Source: Pseudobacteriovorax antillogorgiicola
GTDB lineage: Bacteria; Bdellovibrionota_B; Oligoflexia; Oligoflexales; CAIYRB01
DNA: 64,000 nt
Direction of reading: 5' to 3'
Assembly: GCA_945862295.1 (NCBI GenBank)
Contig: CAMAXT010000001.1
Coordinates: 23,740-87,739, forward strand
Shown: positions 43,511 to 53,276 of the stretch, piece by piece
Numbering within the stretch: the first letter of the stretch is position 1
Layout of the letters: every line of letters starts with the position of its first letter
Made by a program: the position numbers and the translations under genes
Notes under the pieces: model-generated
What the model was told of the DNA's origin: nothing
What the model saw: the letters and a program-made list of their open reading frames with translations, nothing else
Database searches by the model: none

Positions 43511-46390
43511 ATGTCGGCTTTTCAGGAAAACACGCTTGGACGTCGCTCTTTCGCATCCCGGCATATTGGCCCAGACGAGCAAGAAATCAGCAAGATGCTG
43601 CGCTACCTTGACTACAAGTCTTTGAACGCTCTGATTGATTCAGCCGTGCCAAAAAATATCCGCACCAAGAAGCCGCTAACAATCGGTGAGCCTCTTTCAG
43701 AGCACGCCGCTTTAAAGAAAATGCACGGCATCGCAACTAAGAATAAAATCCACCGTTCTTACATCGGTGCTGGATACTACGACACAGTCGTGCCACCAGT
43801 GATTCAACGTAACATCTTGGAAAATCCAGGCTGGTACACCCAGTACACTCCTTATCAATCTGAGATCGCCCAAGGTCGTTTGGAAGCGCTAATTAACTAC
43901 CAAACGATGATCGCCGATCTAACTGGTCTTCCATTTTCCAATGCGTCTCTTCTTGATGAGGGTACTGCTGCAGCGGAAGCAATGGCTCTATTTTTAAACG
44001 CGAAAGCCGCGAAGGCTGGCGACATCTTCTTTATGTCTAAGGACTGCCACCCGCAAACTATCGCAGTTGTTAAGACTCGCGCTGAGCCCCTAGGAATTGA
44101 AGTCGTTGTTGGCGATCACAAGAATATCGGCTTTGAGCACGCGCCGTTTGGCATCATTCTTCAGTACCCAGACACTAACGGTAACATCGAAGACTACTCT
44201 GACTTTATCAGTAAAGCGAAAAAAGCTGGTTCACTCGTCGGTCTCGCAACAGACCTTCTCGCTTTAACACTTTTAAAATCCCCGGGCGAACTCGGCGCAG
44301 ATGTTGCCTTCGGTACCGCGCAACGCTTCGGTGTGCCCATGGGTTTCGGTGGACCGCACGCTGCATTCTTCTCAACTTCTGATGAACACAAAAGGCGTAT
44401 CCCTGGTCGCATCATCGGCATGAGTAAAGACGCTACCGGGAAACCGGCTCTACGTATGGCTTTGCAGACTCGTGAGCAACATATTCGTCGTGACAAAGCG
44501 ACAAGTAACATCTGTACGTCACAAGTTCTTCTCGCAATCATGTCTGGTATGTACAGTGTTTACCACGGACCAGAAGGTCTAAAGTCGATCGCTGAATCAG
44601 TCCATCAATTGACTGGCGCACTTGCGCAAGGTTTGAAAAAACTTGGTTACAACGTTAACAACAAAAACTACTTCGACACTCTTTCTGTCGCTCTCGGCAC
44701 CAAGAGCTTCTCAAGCATTGCGCAAGCAGCAGAAAAAAAGAAAATCAACTTCCGTCAGATCGACAACCACACCGCCGGTATCTCAATCGACGAGCAAACC
44801 TCTGTTGCTGATCTCGACGATATTTTAGCGATCTTTGCTGATGATCAAAAGTCATCGACAAGCGCTTCGGAACTTCTAAAAAGTACCGCTAACGGCGTCC
44901 CCGCATCAATGGTGCGTAAATCTAAGTACTTGACCCATCCAGTCTTCAACAGTCACCATAGCGAAACAAAGATGCTGCGCTACATCAGAAAGCTCGAATC
45001 AAGAGACCTATCTCTGACGCGCTCAATGATTCCTCTTGGCTCTTGCACAATGAAACTAAACGCAACGAGCGAACTCTATCCAGTTACTTGGCCCGAATTC
45101 GGTTCGATGCACCCTTTCGCTCCAACAACACAAACAACTGGTTACCAAGAGCTCTTCTCAGAACTTGAAAACCACCTTGCAGAATGCACCGGCTTTAACC
45201 GCGTCTCTCTCCAACCAAACTCCGGTGCTCAAGGCGAATACGCTGGTTTACTTGTAATTCGCAAGTACCACCACAGCCGCGGCGATGCACACAGAGACAT
45301 TTGCCTCATTCCAAAATCTGCGCACGGTACAAACCCTGCGAGTGCGGTCATGGCTGGTCTAAAAGTTGTTGTCGTAGAATGCGACTCAAACGGTAACATC
45401 AATGTTGATGACTTAAAGGCCAAAGCCAAAGAACATAGCGCAAAACTTTCTTGTCTGATGGTCACATACCCGTCCACGCACGGTGTATTTGAAAGCTCAA
45501 TCACTGAAATCTGCGACGTCATTCACGACAACGGCGGCCAAGTCTATATGGACGGTGCCAACATGAATGCGCAGATTGGTCTCTGCAAACCAGGGGAATT
45601 TGGACCAGACGTTTGTCACTTAAACTTACATAAAACTTTCTGTATTCCGCATGGCGGCGGCGGTCCAGGCATGGGACCCATCGGTGTCCAAAAGCACCTT
45701 GCACCATTCCTTCCAGGTCACCCACTCGTAGCAACCGGCGGCACTGAGGGTATCGGCCCAATCTCAGCCGCTCCGTGGGGCAGCGCAAGCATTCTTCCGA
45801 TCTCACTGATGTACATCTACATGATGGGCCACGAAGGTTTAACGAACGCCACAAAAGTTGCGATCTTAAACGCGAACTACATCGCTAAGAAACTTGATTC
45901 GCACTACCCCGTTCTCTACAAAGGTTTGTCAAATCTGGTAGCGCACGAGTGCATCATCGACATCCGCCAGCTAAAAGCAAAGTCCGGTATCGAAGTCGAA
46001 GACATTGCGAAGCGCTTGATGGACTATGGTTTCCACGCACCAACCGTTTCATTCCCTGTCCCTGGCACCATGATGGTTGAACCAACAGAGAGCGAAGACT
46101 TGGAAGAAATCGACCGTTTTTGCGACGCCATGATTTCCATCAAAAAAGAAGTCGAAGCCATCGAAAAGGGCCAATACCCGAAAGACAACAACCCAGTTAA
46201 AAATGCACCGCACACCGCCGAAGTGCTCATGGCCGACACCTGGGACAAACCATACTCTAGAGAAGTCGCAGCATACCCATTGGCCTGGGTCCGCGAATAC
46301 AAATTTTGGCCGCACGTCTCCCGTATCGACAACGCCTACGGTGATCGCAACCTAGTCTGTACCTGCGCCCCCATCGAGAGCTATCAGTAA
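43511..46390 (+). CDS. gcvP: glycine dehydrogenase (decarboxylating), single-chain P protein
   Basis: 959 aa from the ATG at 43511 (AGGAG SD). FASRHIGP at the N-terminus; PLP-lysine region [16 protein letters not shown]. The ORF-track start at 43388 overlaps gcvH and is not conserved-looking. Confidence 0.95.
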   Translation: MSAFQENTLGRRSFASRHIGPDEQEISKMLRYLDYKSLNALIDSAVPKNIRTKKPLTIGEPLSEHAALKKMHGIATKNKIHRSYIGAGYYDTVVPPVIQRNILENPGWYTQYTPYQSEIAQGRLEALINYQTMIADLTGLPFSNASLLDEGTAAAEAMALFLNAKAAKAGDIFFMSKDCHPQTIAVVKTRAEPLGIEVVVGDHKNIGFEHAPFGIILQYPDTNGNIEDYSDFISKAKKAGSLVGLATDLLALTLLKSPGELGADVAFGTAQRFGVPMGFGGPHAAFFSTSDEHKRRIPGRIIGMSKDATGKPALRMALQTREQHIRRDKATSNICTSQVLLAIMSGMYSVYHGPEGLKSIAESVHQLTGALAQGLKKLGYNVNNKNYFDTLSVALGTKSFSSIAQAAEKKKINFRQIDNHTAGISIDEQTSVADLDDILAIFADDQKSSTSASELLKSTANGVPASMVRKSKYLTHPVFNSHHSETKMLRYIRKLESRDLSLTRSMIPLGSCTMKLNATSELYPVTWPEFGSMHPFAPTTQTTGYQELFSELENHLAECTGFNRVSLQPNSGAQGEYAGLLVIRKYHHSRGDAHRDICLIPKSAHGTNPASAVMAGLKVVVVECDSNGNINVDDLKAKAKEHSAKLSCLMVTYPSTHGVFESSITEICDVIHDNGGQVYMDGANMNAQIGLCKPGEFGPDVCHLNLHKTFCIPHGGGGPGMGPIGVQKHLAPFLPGHPLVATGGTEGIGPISAAPWGSASILPISLMYIYMMGHEGLTNATKVAILNANYIAKKLDSHYPVLYKGLSNLVAHECIIDIRQLKAKSGIEVEDIAKRLMDYGFHAPTVSFPVPGTMMVEPTESEDLEEIDRFCDAMISIKKEVEAIEKGQYPKDNNPVKNAPHTAEVLMADTWDKPYSREVAAYPLAWVREYKFWPHVSRIDNAYGDRNLVCTCAPIESYQ

Positions 46391-46396
46391 TCTGGT

Positions 46397-46427
46397 AATC
46401 CGGGTCCACCCGAGGTGGACCCGGATT
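46397..46427. repeat. 14-bp-stem palindromic hairpin AATCCGGGTCCACC-CGA-GGTGGACCCGGATT
   Basis: Perfect inverted repeat 7 nt after the gcvP stop. It has no U-tract (followed by AAAAC). It is related to the element at 10672..10691. Confidence 0.6.
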
Positions 46428-46459
46428 AAAACGAATGGTAATGTGCGAAAATTGATTTT

Positions 46460-46547
<88 letters not shown>

Positions 46548-46566
46548 CTTTTCCGCCGCGGAAAAG
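46548..46566 (+). terminator. hairpin immediately 3' of tRNA-Ser(CGA)
   Basis: CTTTTCC-GCCGC-GGAAAAG directly after the CCA, followed by TCCTCCACTT (46567..46576). Confidence 0.5.
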
Positions 46567-46626
46567 TCCTCCACTTACTACTCTCTACTCTCCAAGAAAA
46601 GTGATGTCCAAAAAGAACCAACAACC

Positions 46627-47011
46627 ATGACAAAAAACAAACAAACCAGCACCCCAGCCCCAATCTGCTACCTAGAAATCCCCGCTCCCGACATCGAAGC
46701 CTCTGGCCATTTCTACAGCTCCGTCTTCAACTGGAAGATCACCCCAAGCCACCTGTCCGACAACGCCTACTGGGAATTTAACACTGGCGATGGCCATCTT
46801 ACCGGCGGCTTAGATCCAAGCATTCCAATAAGTACTGGCGGCGCCAATGATATATCTAAAGGTCACCGATATCGCGGAAACGTTACGACAAGTCTGTGCT
46901 AACGGTGGAACAGTTGAGCGTGAAAAGTTCGCGATCGGCGGGGGATTCGGATTCTCAGCACACTTTAGAGATCCGAACGGAAATCGCTTAGGACTCTTTT
47001 CGTCGCGTTAA
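46627..47011 (+). pseudogene. VOC/glyoxalase-family gene with a frameshift near 46845
   Basis: Frame 1 gives MTKNK...ICYLEIPAPDIEASGHFYSSVFNWK...STGGA, then nonsense. The +1 frame continues MIYLKVTDIAETLRQVCANGGTVEREKFAIGGGFGFSAHFRDPNGNRLGLFSSR, the canonical VOC C-terminus. Confidence 0.7.
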
Positions 47012-47054
47012 GCTAAAACAAACTCCAAAGAAACAAATAGAACAAAGACAACAT

Positions 47055-47397
47055 ATGAAAGTCCATCTCACTAAAGCCATCATCTTCGATCTCGGTGGTG
47101 TCGTCATTGATATCGCATTTGATCGCGGCTTCTCCGTCTGGGCAAATGCTTTGAGCAAATGAACAGGAACTTCGTCCATTCCAGCGAATTTTCTGTTCCA
47201 GTCAATTAGGCCTGCGAAAGCCAGAGCCCAACGGGTTTGCAAAAATCATCGAAGAGATCGGAGTTCCCAAAGAGCGGCTGCTCTTCGTCGACGATCTTCT
47301 GCAAAATGTTCAAGCGGCAAGATCATTTGGAATAAAATCGGTGCTTTTTAAAGACGCTAAAGAATCAGTAGCAGAGATTCGTGGCCTGATCGAATAA
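47055..47397 (+). pseudogene. HAD-superfamily hydrolase remnant (frameshift plus internal deletion of the cap region)
   Basis: N-terminal MKVHLTKAIIFDLGGVVIDIAF (motif I) stops at 47162. Another frame gives ...IFCSSQLGLRKPEPNGFAKIIEEIGVPKERLLFVDDLLQNVQAARSFGIKSVLF (motifs III/IV). Total length is about 340 nt against about 600 expected. Confidence 0.65.
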
Positions 47398-47593
47398 TTC
47401 TGTTTATAAAAGCAATCGAAGTGCTTTCACAAATCGATCGGCAGCCAATGGATCCTCGGCGGTCTGTGGGACTTAATTTCTCGTAAAAGCCTACACACTG
47501 CCAAGCACCAAACTCAAAGCAGTCATGCTTGCGGTCACCATCCGTCACACAGGCCGTAACGAAAAGTAGAAAAAATAGGGCGAGCAATCGCAT
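47357..47593 (-). CDS. hypothetical small lipoprotein
   Basis: MRLLALFFLLFVTACVTDGD..., lipobox FVTAC, several Cys. The 3' end overlaps the HAD remnant. Confidence 0.4.
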   Translation of the reverse strand: MRLLALFFLLFVTACVTDGDRKHDCFEFGAWQCVGFYEKLSPTDRRGSIGCRSICESTSIAFINRIIRSGHESLLLIL

Positions 47594-47619
47594 ACATATT
47601 CCCTAAAACGAAACAGTCA

Positions 47620-48507
47620 TTACTGATCAATATCCCGATGCAAAATCGTCGTAATCATATAGGGAATCGGCTTCTTTAAAAACATCTGCCCTAATTCTTC
47701 AGCAAACATCACACTGCGGTGCCGGCCACCACTGCAGCCAATACCAACACGGAAATAATGTTTACCTTCGCGGTAGTAGTAGGGGAGGACAAAGCGCAAA
47801 TAATCTTCAATGCGTTTAAAAAGCTCTTTGGCATTTTCGCGCTCGAAAATAAACTTCCCAACTTCCGGGTCTAGCCCCGACAAATCGCGTAATTCCGGGA
47901 CAAAATAAGGATTTTCGATAAAGCGCAGGTCAAACAACGTGTCAACAGGTTGCAGCTGACCGTACTTAAATCCAAAGCTCGTGATCGTAACATTCAGGAC
48001 ACGAGCCGGTAGATCTTTCGAAACTTGTGCTTCAACCGCACGCGCCAGCTGATGGGGAGACCACTTCGATGTATCAAGTACTACATCCGCTGTTTCTTCC
48101 ACCGGACCAAGCACCTCGCGCTCACGTTCAATCGCTTCTGTTAACGTCTCACCACTGAGAAGAAGCGGATGTTTTCTTCTAGTCGCACCATAACGAGTAG
48201 CAATAACGTTGATGTCGGCAGTAAGAAAGATAACTTCGACACGGATACGTTCTGTAAGCTTCTTTTTAAGCTCGTGGAACGTCGACGCAAACTTTTGGTC
48301 GCGCACATCCATACAGAGCGCGATGCCGCTCTCTGCTGGGATTTTGCCGTTTTCATAGAGGTCGACGGTGGCCATGACCAGATCGGTCGGGAGGTTGTCG
48401 ATGCAGTACATACCTGCATCAGACAGAGCTTTCAGAGCCGTTGAAACACCGGAACCAGACAGCCCAGTTACAATCACGAGATGGGGATTGGCTGTTTTTG
48501 CTTTCAA
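47620..48507 (-). CDS. rapZ: RNase adapter protein RapZ (P-loop NTPase YhbJ/YvcJ family)
   Basis: Walker A TGLSGSGVSTALKAL, CIDNLP, C-terminal GIGCSGGRHRSV. Confidence 0.92.
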   Translation of the reverse strand: MKAKTANPHLVIVTGLSGSGVSTALKALSDAGMYCIDNLPTDLVMATVDLYENGKIPAESGIALCMDVRDQKFASTFHELKKKLTERIRVEVIFLTADINVIATRYGATRRKHPLLLSGETLTEAIEREREVLGPVEETADVVLDTSKWSPHQLARAVEAQVSKDLPARVLNVTITSFGFKYGQLQPVDTLFDLRFIENPYFVPELRDLSGLDPEVGKFIFERENAKELFKRIEDYLRFVLPYYYREGKHYFRVGIGCSGGRHRSVMFAEELGQMFLKKPIPYMITTILHRDIDQ

Positions 48508-48515
48508 CGGTGATC

Positions 48516-49988
48516 CTAAAAATATTTTTTGCGCTTACTCGAAGGTAGAATGCCAAGCTGTTCACGGTACTTTGCCACAGTCCGCCGTGCGAGTTGAATA
48601 CCTTTTTCATCAAGTAGCTCAACGATGCGCTGATCCGAAAGCGGCTTCTTCATGTCTTCGACTTTCACCAAGTCAGAGATCATGCGTTTGACCGATTCAC
48701 TTGCCATATCGTTACCGTCAGCGCGAGTGACGGAACTATTAAAGAAGTATTTCAGCTCGAAGATACCGCGCGGGGTATGCACAAACTTGTTATTTGTGAC
48801 TCGACTGATCGTCGATTCGTGCATGCTGATATCCTCAGCAATATCTTTTAAAATCATTGGCTTAAGATGCACAACACCAAAGTCAAAAAAGTCGACCTGG
48901 CGCTTAACAATGCTTTCCGTTACGCGAAAGATTGTCCGCTGACGTTGGCGAATACTTTTGATCAGCCACTCCGCTGATTTTAGTTTGTCAGAGAGGTAAC
49001 CTTTATCGCCAGAAGAGCTCTTAGCTTCATCAAGAAGTTTTTGATAGAAGCCGCTGATCTTAAGACGCGGCAGACCTTCTTCATTCAAATTTACAACCCA
49101 CTCATCACCGAGTTTAAAAACATAAACATCAGGGGTAATGTACTGGGCCTCGTTTTGTCCAAACTGACGACCGGGTACTGGCTCTAGATCAGAAATAATT
49201 TGAACGTTGTCGATCACTTCTTCGAGCGTGATCTTCATTGCTTTTGCTATGGCTTGGAAGTTGCGGTTCTCAAGTTCCGGCAAGTGGTTTTCGATGATCT
49301 TTTCGACCAAACCGTTTTTCAAACCTGCATTGCGTACCTGGAGATGCAAACACTCCTTCAAATCGCGCGCGCCAACACCCGGGGGATCAAGACGCTGAAT
49401 CGTATCAAGAATGTCTTCAACCATTTCGACGTCTAACTGCTCAGATTGAGCGAATTCGTCGATTTTAATATTCAAATAACCGCGGTCATCAATGTTTCCT
49501 GAGAGCAGTGTCGCGATTTTTGTTTCCGCTTCGTTAAAATCAAGCTCACCAATTTGTAGCATCAAGTACTCTTGTAGAGTGCTCGCCTTGGTAACCATGT
49601 TTTCATAATTAGGATGTTCTTCATCTGCCACGCCTTTGCGTGCTGCGGTCGACGCAACAGGAAGTTGGTCTTGATACTTGGTCATCTGATCCCAGTCAGC
49701 TTCACCACGATCATCGCCGCCCTGCTTATCTACAATCGAACCGGCTTCTTGCATTTGTTCTGAGAGAACATGCTCTTCAGTTCGTTCTTGCTCCCGCTCG
49801 ACCTGTGCTGATTCTTCCGGAGATTCATTGAGGCCTTCTTCAAGGCACGGATTCTCGGCCATTTGTTCAGTAACAAACTGCTCAAGCTCCATTCGCGACA
49901 ACTGCAGTAGCTTAATCGCCTGTTGCAACTGCGGTGTCATGAGCAGTTGCTGCGTCAGCCTAAGACTTTGCTTTAATTCATAACCCAT
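48516..49988 (-). CDS. rpoN: RNA polymerase sigma-54 factor
   Basis: N-terminal LRLTQQLLMTPQLQQAIKLLQLS, C-terminal HTH and RpoN box ARRTVAKYRE. 490 aa. Confidence 0.96.
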   Translation of the reverse strand: MGYELKQSLRLTQQLLMTPQLQQAIKLLQLSRMELEQFVTEQMAENPCLEEGLNESPEESAQVEREQERTEEHVLSEQMQEAGSIVDKQGGDDRGEADWDQMTKYQDQLPVASTAARKGVADEEHPNYENMVTKASTLQEYLMLQIGELDFNEAETKIATLLSGNIDDRGYLNIKIDEFAQSEQLDVEMVEDILDTIQRLDPPGVGARDLKECLHLQVRNAGLKNGLVEKIIENHLPELENRNFQAIAKAMKITLEEVIDNVQIISDLEPVPGRQFGQNEAQYITPDVYVFKLGDEWVVNLNEEGLPRLKISGFYQKLLDEAKSSSGDKGYLSDKLKSAEWLIKSIRQRQRTIFRVTESIVKRQVDFFDFGVVHLKPMILKDIAEDISMHESTISRVTNNKFVHTPRGIFELKYFFNSSVTRADGNDMASESVKRMISDLVKVEDMKKPLSDQRIVELLDEKGIQLARRTVAKYREQLGILPSSKRKKYF

Positions 49989-50057
49989 ATAAGCACTTAC
50001 ACCCGTTTTTGGTGAACGTTTACCTAAGGTTTATTTTAATGTCTATTGGTCCTACAT

Positions 50058-50090
50058 GCAAAAAAAATTCCAACTTTGGAAAATTTTGCA
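50058..50090. promoter_or_regulatory. extended palindrome in the lptB-rpoN intergenic region
   Basis: GCAAAA..TTCCAA-CT-TTGGAA..TTTTGC. Two nested inverted repeats (GCAAAA/TTTTGC and TTCCAA/TTGGAA) centred about 85 nt upstream of the rpoN ATG. Confidence 0.3.
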
Positions 50091-50122
50091 AAGAACAATA
50101 AATGTGTCTTTTTTACGCGATT

Positions 50123-50884
50123 CTAGAGTCTAAAGTTCTCGCCGAGATAAATTTCTCTCACCTTCTGGCTGGAGGAAACTTCTTCCGGCAACCCGTGCGC
50201 AACGATCTCTCCACCGGACAAGATATAAGCCCGGTCACAGCTACCAAGAGTCTCGCGGACGTTGTGATCTGTGATTAAAACACCAAGACCTTCGTCCTTT
50301 AACTTACCAATGATGCCCTGGATTTCTTGGACCGTCATCGGGTCAATACCGGCAAAAGGCTCATCAAGGAGAAGAAACCGAGGCTTTATGATCAAAGCAC
50401 GGGCAATCTCGACGCGCCGGCGCTCACCACCTGAAAGAGCGGCACCCATCGACTTCGCAATATGACGAATTTGGAATTTACTTAGGAGGTCGTCTAAAAA
50501 TGCCCGGCGCTCTTCCCGCGGCACTTTACATATTTCCATGACGGCAATGAGATTATCTTCCACCGACATCCGGCGAAAAATCGACATATTCTGAGGAAGG
50601 TAGCTGATGCCTTGTTTCGCTCTTTCATGCATCGGCATGTGGGTGATGTCGTCGTCACCCAAAAACACTTGGCCCCTTGTAGGATATAGTAGGCCAACGA
50701 CCATATAGAAACTTGTGGTTTTCCCAGCGCCATTTGGACCAAGAAGCCCAACCACTTCGCCGGTCTTTATACTAAAAGACACCGACTTCACAACTTGACG
50801 CGTCTTAAACGACTTCTCAAGACTGATGGCCCGCAGTTCTGATGATTCCACAGCTTTTTTAGTTGCGCCGTTTTCTTGTTTCAC
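50123..50884 (-). CDS. lptB: LPS export ABC transporter ATP-binding protein LptB
   Basis: Walker A GPNGAGKTT, signature LSGGERRR, Walker B LLLDEPFAGIDP. It follows lptA with a 4-nt overlap. Confidence 0.93.
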   Translation of the reverse strand: MKQENGATKKAVESSELRAISLEKSFKTRQVVKSVSFSIKTGEVVGLLGPNGAGKTTSFYMVVGLLYPTRGQVFLGDDDITHMPMHERAKQGISYLPQNMSIFRRMSVEDNLIAVMEICKVPREERRAFLDDLLSKFQIRHIAKSMGAALSGGERRRVEIARALIIKPRFLLLDEPFAGIDPMTVQEIQGIIGKLKDEGLGVLITDHNVRETLGSCDRAYILSGGEIVAHGLPEEVSSSQKVREIYLGENFRL

Positions 50885-51615
50885 TTTTTCTTGTCCTTAG
50901 GCTTTGGTTCGCCGACTTTCTTATCTTCAGGCTGCAGTTCGCCAGCTACTTGATCGCCCTTCATCCAGCCAGAGTCGATCTCATAAGTCATTTTTTTGCC
51001 ACGAATCACCGACTGCGTGCCACGCCAAAGACGCACGTTGCCTTCCATGATAACGGTTCTATTCTTATTTAAAAACTCTACCTGGTTGCAAAAGGCTTTC
51101 ATCTTTTCACCAGTAGATTGTTCAACATTGTTGATCTTTACATTTCCTTCAGCCACAACGCGGGCAACTTCTTTCTGACCTTCGTCATAAAAAATCTTAG
51201 CTTTATCGGCTTCTAAGCGAAGTTCACCCTGTGTGATAATGACTTCTTCGATCAACTCAACCGTACCTTTTTCCCTCAGACCACGCAGGCCTTTGCTCTC
51301 AAAATGGACCGGTTCTCGCGGTGTTTCGACATCGTCTTTGTTACTTTTAACGCCAGGAACTGGCGGTGTTCCTTTGGTAGGGCTTTTACTCGGCGGCTTT
51401 TGTGGATTAGTTTTGCTGTTAGCGCTGTCGTCGCCTACTTCGTCAGTAGATTTAGGCGCAGGCTTTAAAACTGGCTTCTTTACCACTTCATCAGGCGCAG
51501 GCTTTGTCGTAACAATCGGTGTTTCTTCCTCTTCGTCGAGAAGATCAGCGTAGGCTGGACCCGTCCAAACAATTAGCCACAAAAATAAAAGCCACGACTT
51601 ACTTTGTTTCTTCAA
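50881..51615 (-). CDS. lptA: LPS transport periplasmic protein LptA-like (OstA N-terminal fold)
   Basis: Signal peptide, Pro/Lys-rich spacer, then an OstA-type repeat (QGELRLEADKAKIFYDE...AEGNVKI...MEGNVRLWRG...). Position between lptC and lptB. Confidence 0.75.
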   Translation of the reverse strand: MKKQSKSWLLFLWLIVWTGPAYADLLDEEEETPIVTTKPAPDEVVKKPVLKPAPKSTDEVGDDSANSKTNPQKPPSKSPTKGTPPVPGVKSNKDDVETPREPVHFESKGLRGLREKGTVELIEEVIITQGELRLEADKAKIFYDEGQKEVARVVAEGNVKINNVEQSTGEKMKAFCNQVEFLNKNRTVIMEGNVRLWRGTQSVIRGKKMTYEIDSGWMKGDQVAGELQPEDKKVGEPKPKDKKK

Positions 51616-52159
51616 TTTCCAACACTCCCTTGACCTTACCTGGCATGAACAAAGACGCTTGTTTTAAATCGTATGTGAAGCCGTCTTCTCCGGCGAACAT
51701 TCTACCTTCACCCTCAACTCTTACAGGCCGATTTGACCGAATCATTTGTCGGTCATTCAACATTTCAGCGAAATCAGTCGTCAAAATATGGTTTTTCAAT
51801 CCAACCTCAACAAACCCCGAGATCTCAGCCCGGTCGAGCTCCAAAGATTTTTCCATCAGTCCTGACAGGCTTCCCGCTTTAAAAAATGCGCTAGCTGTTT
51901 CCGCTCCGAAGAACTCGCGTCCATCAACAGTAGCTCTCTCACCATTGATGTCGCCGTCGATTTCCACAAGGTTTGGTTCATAAAAATTCGCGAGCTTGCC
52001 GGTTAATTTCGCATCAAGGCGGGCGCCTTCGTATTTGTAGGCAACGAAGTCTTCCAGAATGACCTGCGCCTCTTTCGCGCCACCTGGTTCGATATTGTCT
52101 CTTAGTGATTTCGACTCTTTGTTCAAAAAAACATAGAACGCAATGCCAAGACAAATCAT
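51599..52159 (-). CDS. lptC: LPS export system protein LptC-like
   Basis: 186 aa with a single N-terminal TM anchor and beta-jellyroll-like sequence. Conserved position upstream of lptA. Confidence 0.6.
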   Translation of the reverse strand: MICLGIAFYVFLNKESKSLRDNIEPGGAKEAQVILEDFVAYKYEGARLDAKLTGKLANFYEPNLVEIDGDINGERATVDGREFFGAETASAFFKAGSLSGLMEKSLELDRAEISGFVEVGLKNHILTTDFAEMLNDRQMIRSNRPVRVEGEGRMFAGEDGFTYDLKQASLFMPGKVKGVLEIEETK

Positions 52160-52289
52160 GAACGCAATGATTGTTAGCTTCTTACCCAGATGATCGCCTT
52201 TTCTTAAACAGCTTTGATATATCCTACCGTATTCGCTGGATAATTGAAAATAAAACGATCATACATGGGATTTGTTAGGAATTATCTAA

Positions 52290-53276
52290 TCAGAGGATTT
52301 TAGCGGCAAGAAGGTCATGTAAACGAACAATACCGGTTGGAGCTTTTGTATCTTTTGCTGCTACTACAAAAAGTTGGGTTATCTGCTTCTCATTCATCAA
52401 TGTTAGAGCATCAATTGCTAAGGTATCGTTGGTAACTGTTTTTGGCGCTTTAGACATCAATTGGCTGGCATTTGCTCGCAAAGCTTCCGCACCTGAGCGC
52501 AATAATGCGCGTCTAAGATCACCGTCAGAAACCGCACCAATCAACTCGCCATTTGCGGTTACAACGCCGGCGATGCCAAAATTACGGGCTGTAACGATCT
52601 CAAGAACTTTATGGAAGCCGGCATCAGCTGTCACTAACGGCAGAGACTCCTTCGGTTTCATGTGATCTTTTACTAGTGAGAGTTTTCTGCCCAAACTGCC
52701 GCCCGGGTGAAGAGCTGCAAAATCCGTTTCAGAAAAACCGCGTGCACGCATCAACGTCACTGCGATTGCATCCCCCGCAGCCATTGAAAGCGTTGAGGAA
52801 GACGTCGGAGCGAGATTTAAACTGTCTGCTTCACGTTCACACCTTACATCGATCACAAAATTAGACAACGTTGCCAAAGTCGATTCTTTTCGACCAGTGA
52901 TCGCAACAATCGGCACCCCGATGCGGCGAGCAAAACGGCAGACTTCAAGAACTTCAGCTGTTTCTCCGCCGTAAGCAATCGCTAGCAGCCAATCTTTTAG
53001 CTGCAGCATGCCGAAATCACCATGCAACGCTTCTGTTGGATGTAGAAAGAAAGATGATGTCCCAGTGGAAGAAAGTGTCGAAGCGACTTTACGCGCTATA
53101 TGGCCAGACTTGCCAAGTCCCGTAACAACCAACTTGCCCTGACAACTTAGAATGCCTTGAATTGCAGAAACAAAATCGTCACCAAGACGATCAGCGCCAG
53201 CGATAATAGCGGCCGCTTCAATCTGCAGCGCCTCTTGGCCCCACGAACGATACTGTTTAGATAGATCAGGTTTCAT
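52290..53276 (-). CDS. kdsD: arabinose-5-phosphate isomerase (KpsF/GutQ/KdsD family)
   Basis: SIS domain [31 protein letters not shown] plus two C-terminal CBS repeats. Confidence 0.9.
   Translation of the reverse strand: MKPDLSKQYRSWGQEALQIEAAAIIAGADRLGDDFVSAIQGILSCQGKLVVTGLGKSGHIARKVASTLSSTGTSSFFLHPTEALHGDFGMLQLKDWLLAIAYGGETAEVLEVCRFARRIGVPIVAITGRKESTLATLSNFVIDVRCEREADSLNLAPTSSSTLSMAAGDAIAVTLMRARGFSETDFAALHPGGSLGRKLSLVKDHMKPKESLPLVTADAGFHKVLEIVTARNFGIAGVVTANGELIGAVSDGDLRRALLRSGAEALRANASQLMSKAPKTVTNDTLAIDALTLMNEKQITQLFVVAAKDTKAPTGIVRLHDLLAAKIL

Noticed and set aside
46988-47242. 84-aa minus-strand ORF
   Set aside because: It is antisense to the recognisable HAD-hydrolase remnant (FDLGGV motif on the plus strand), so it is an artefact of the decayed gene.
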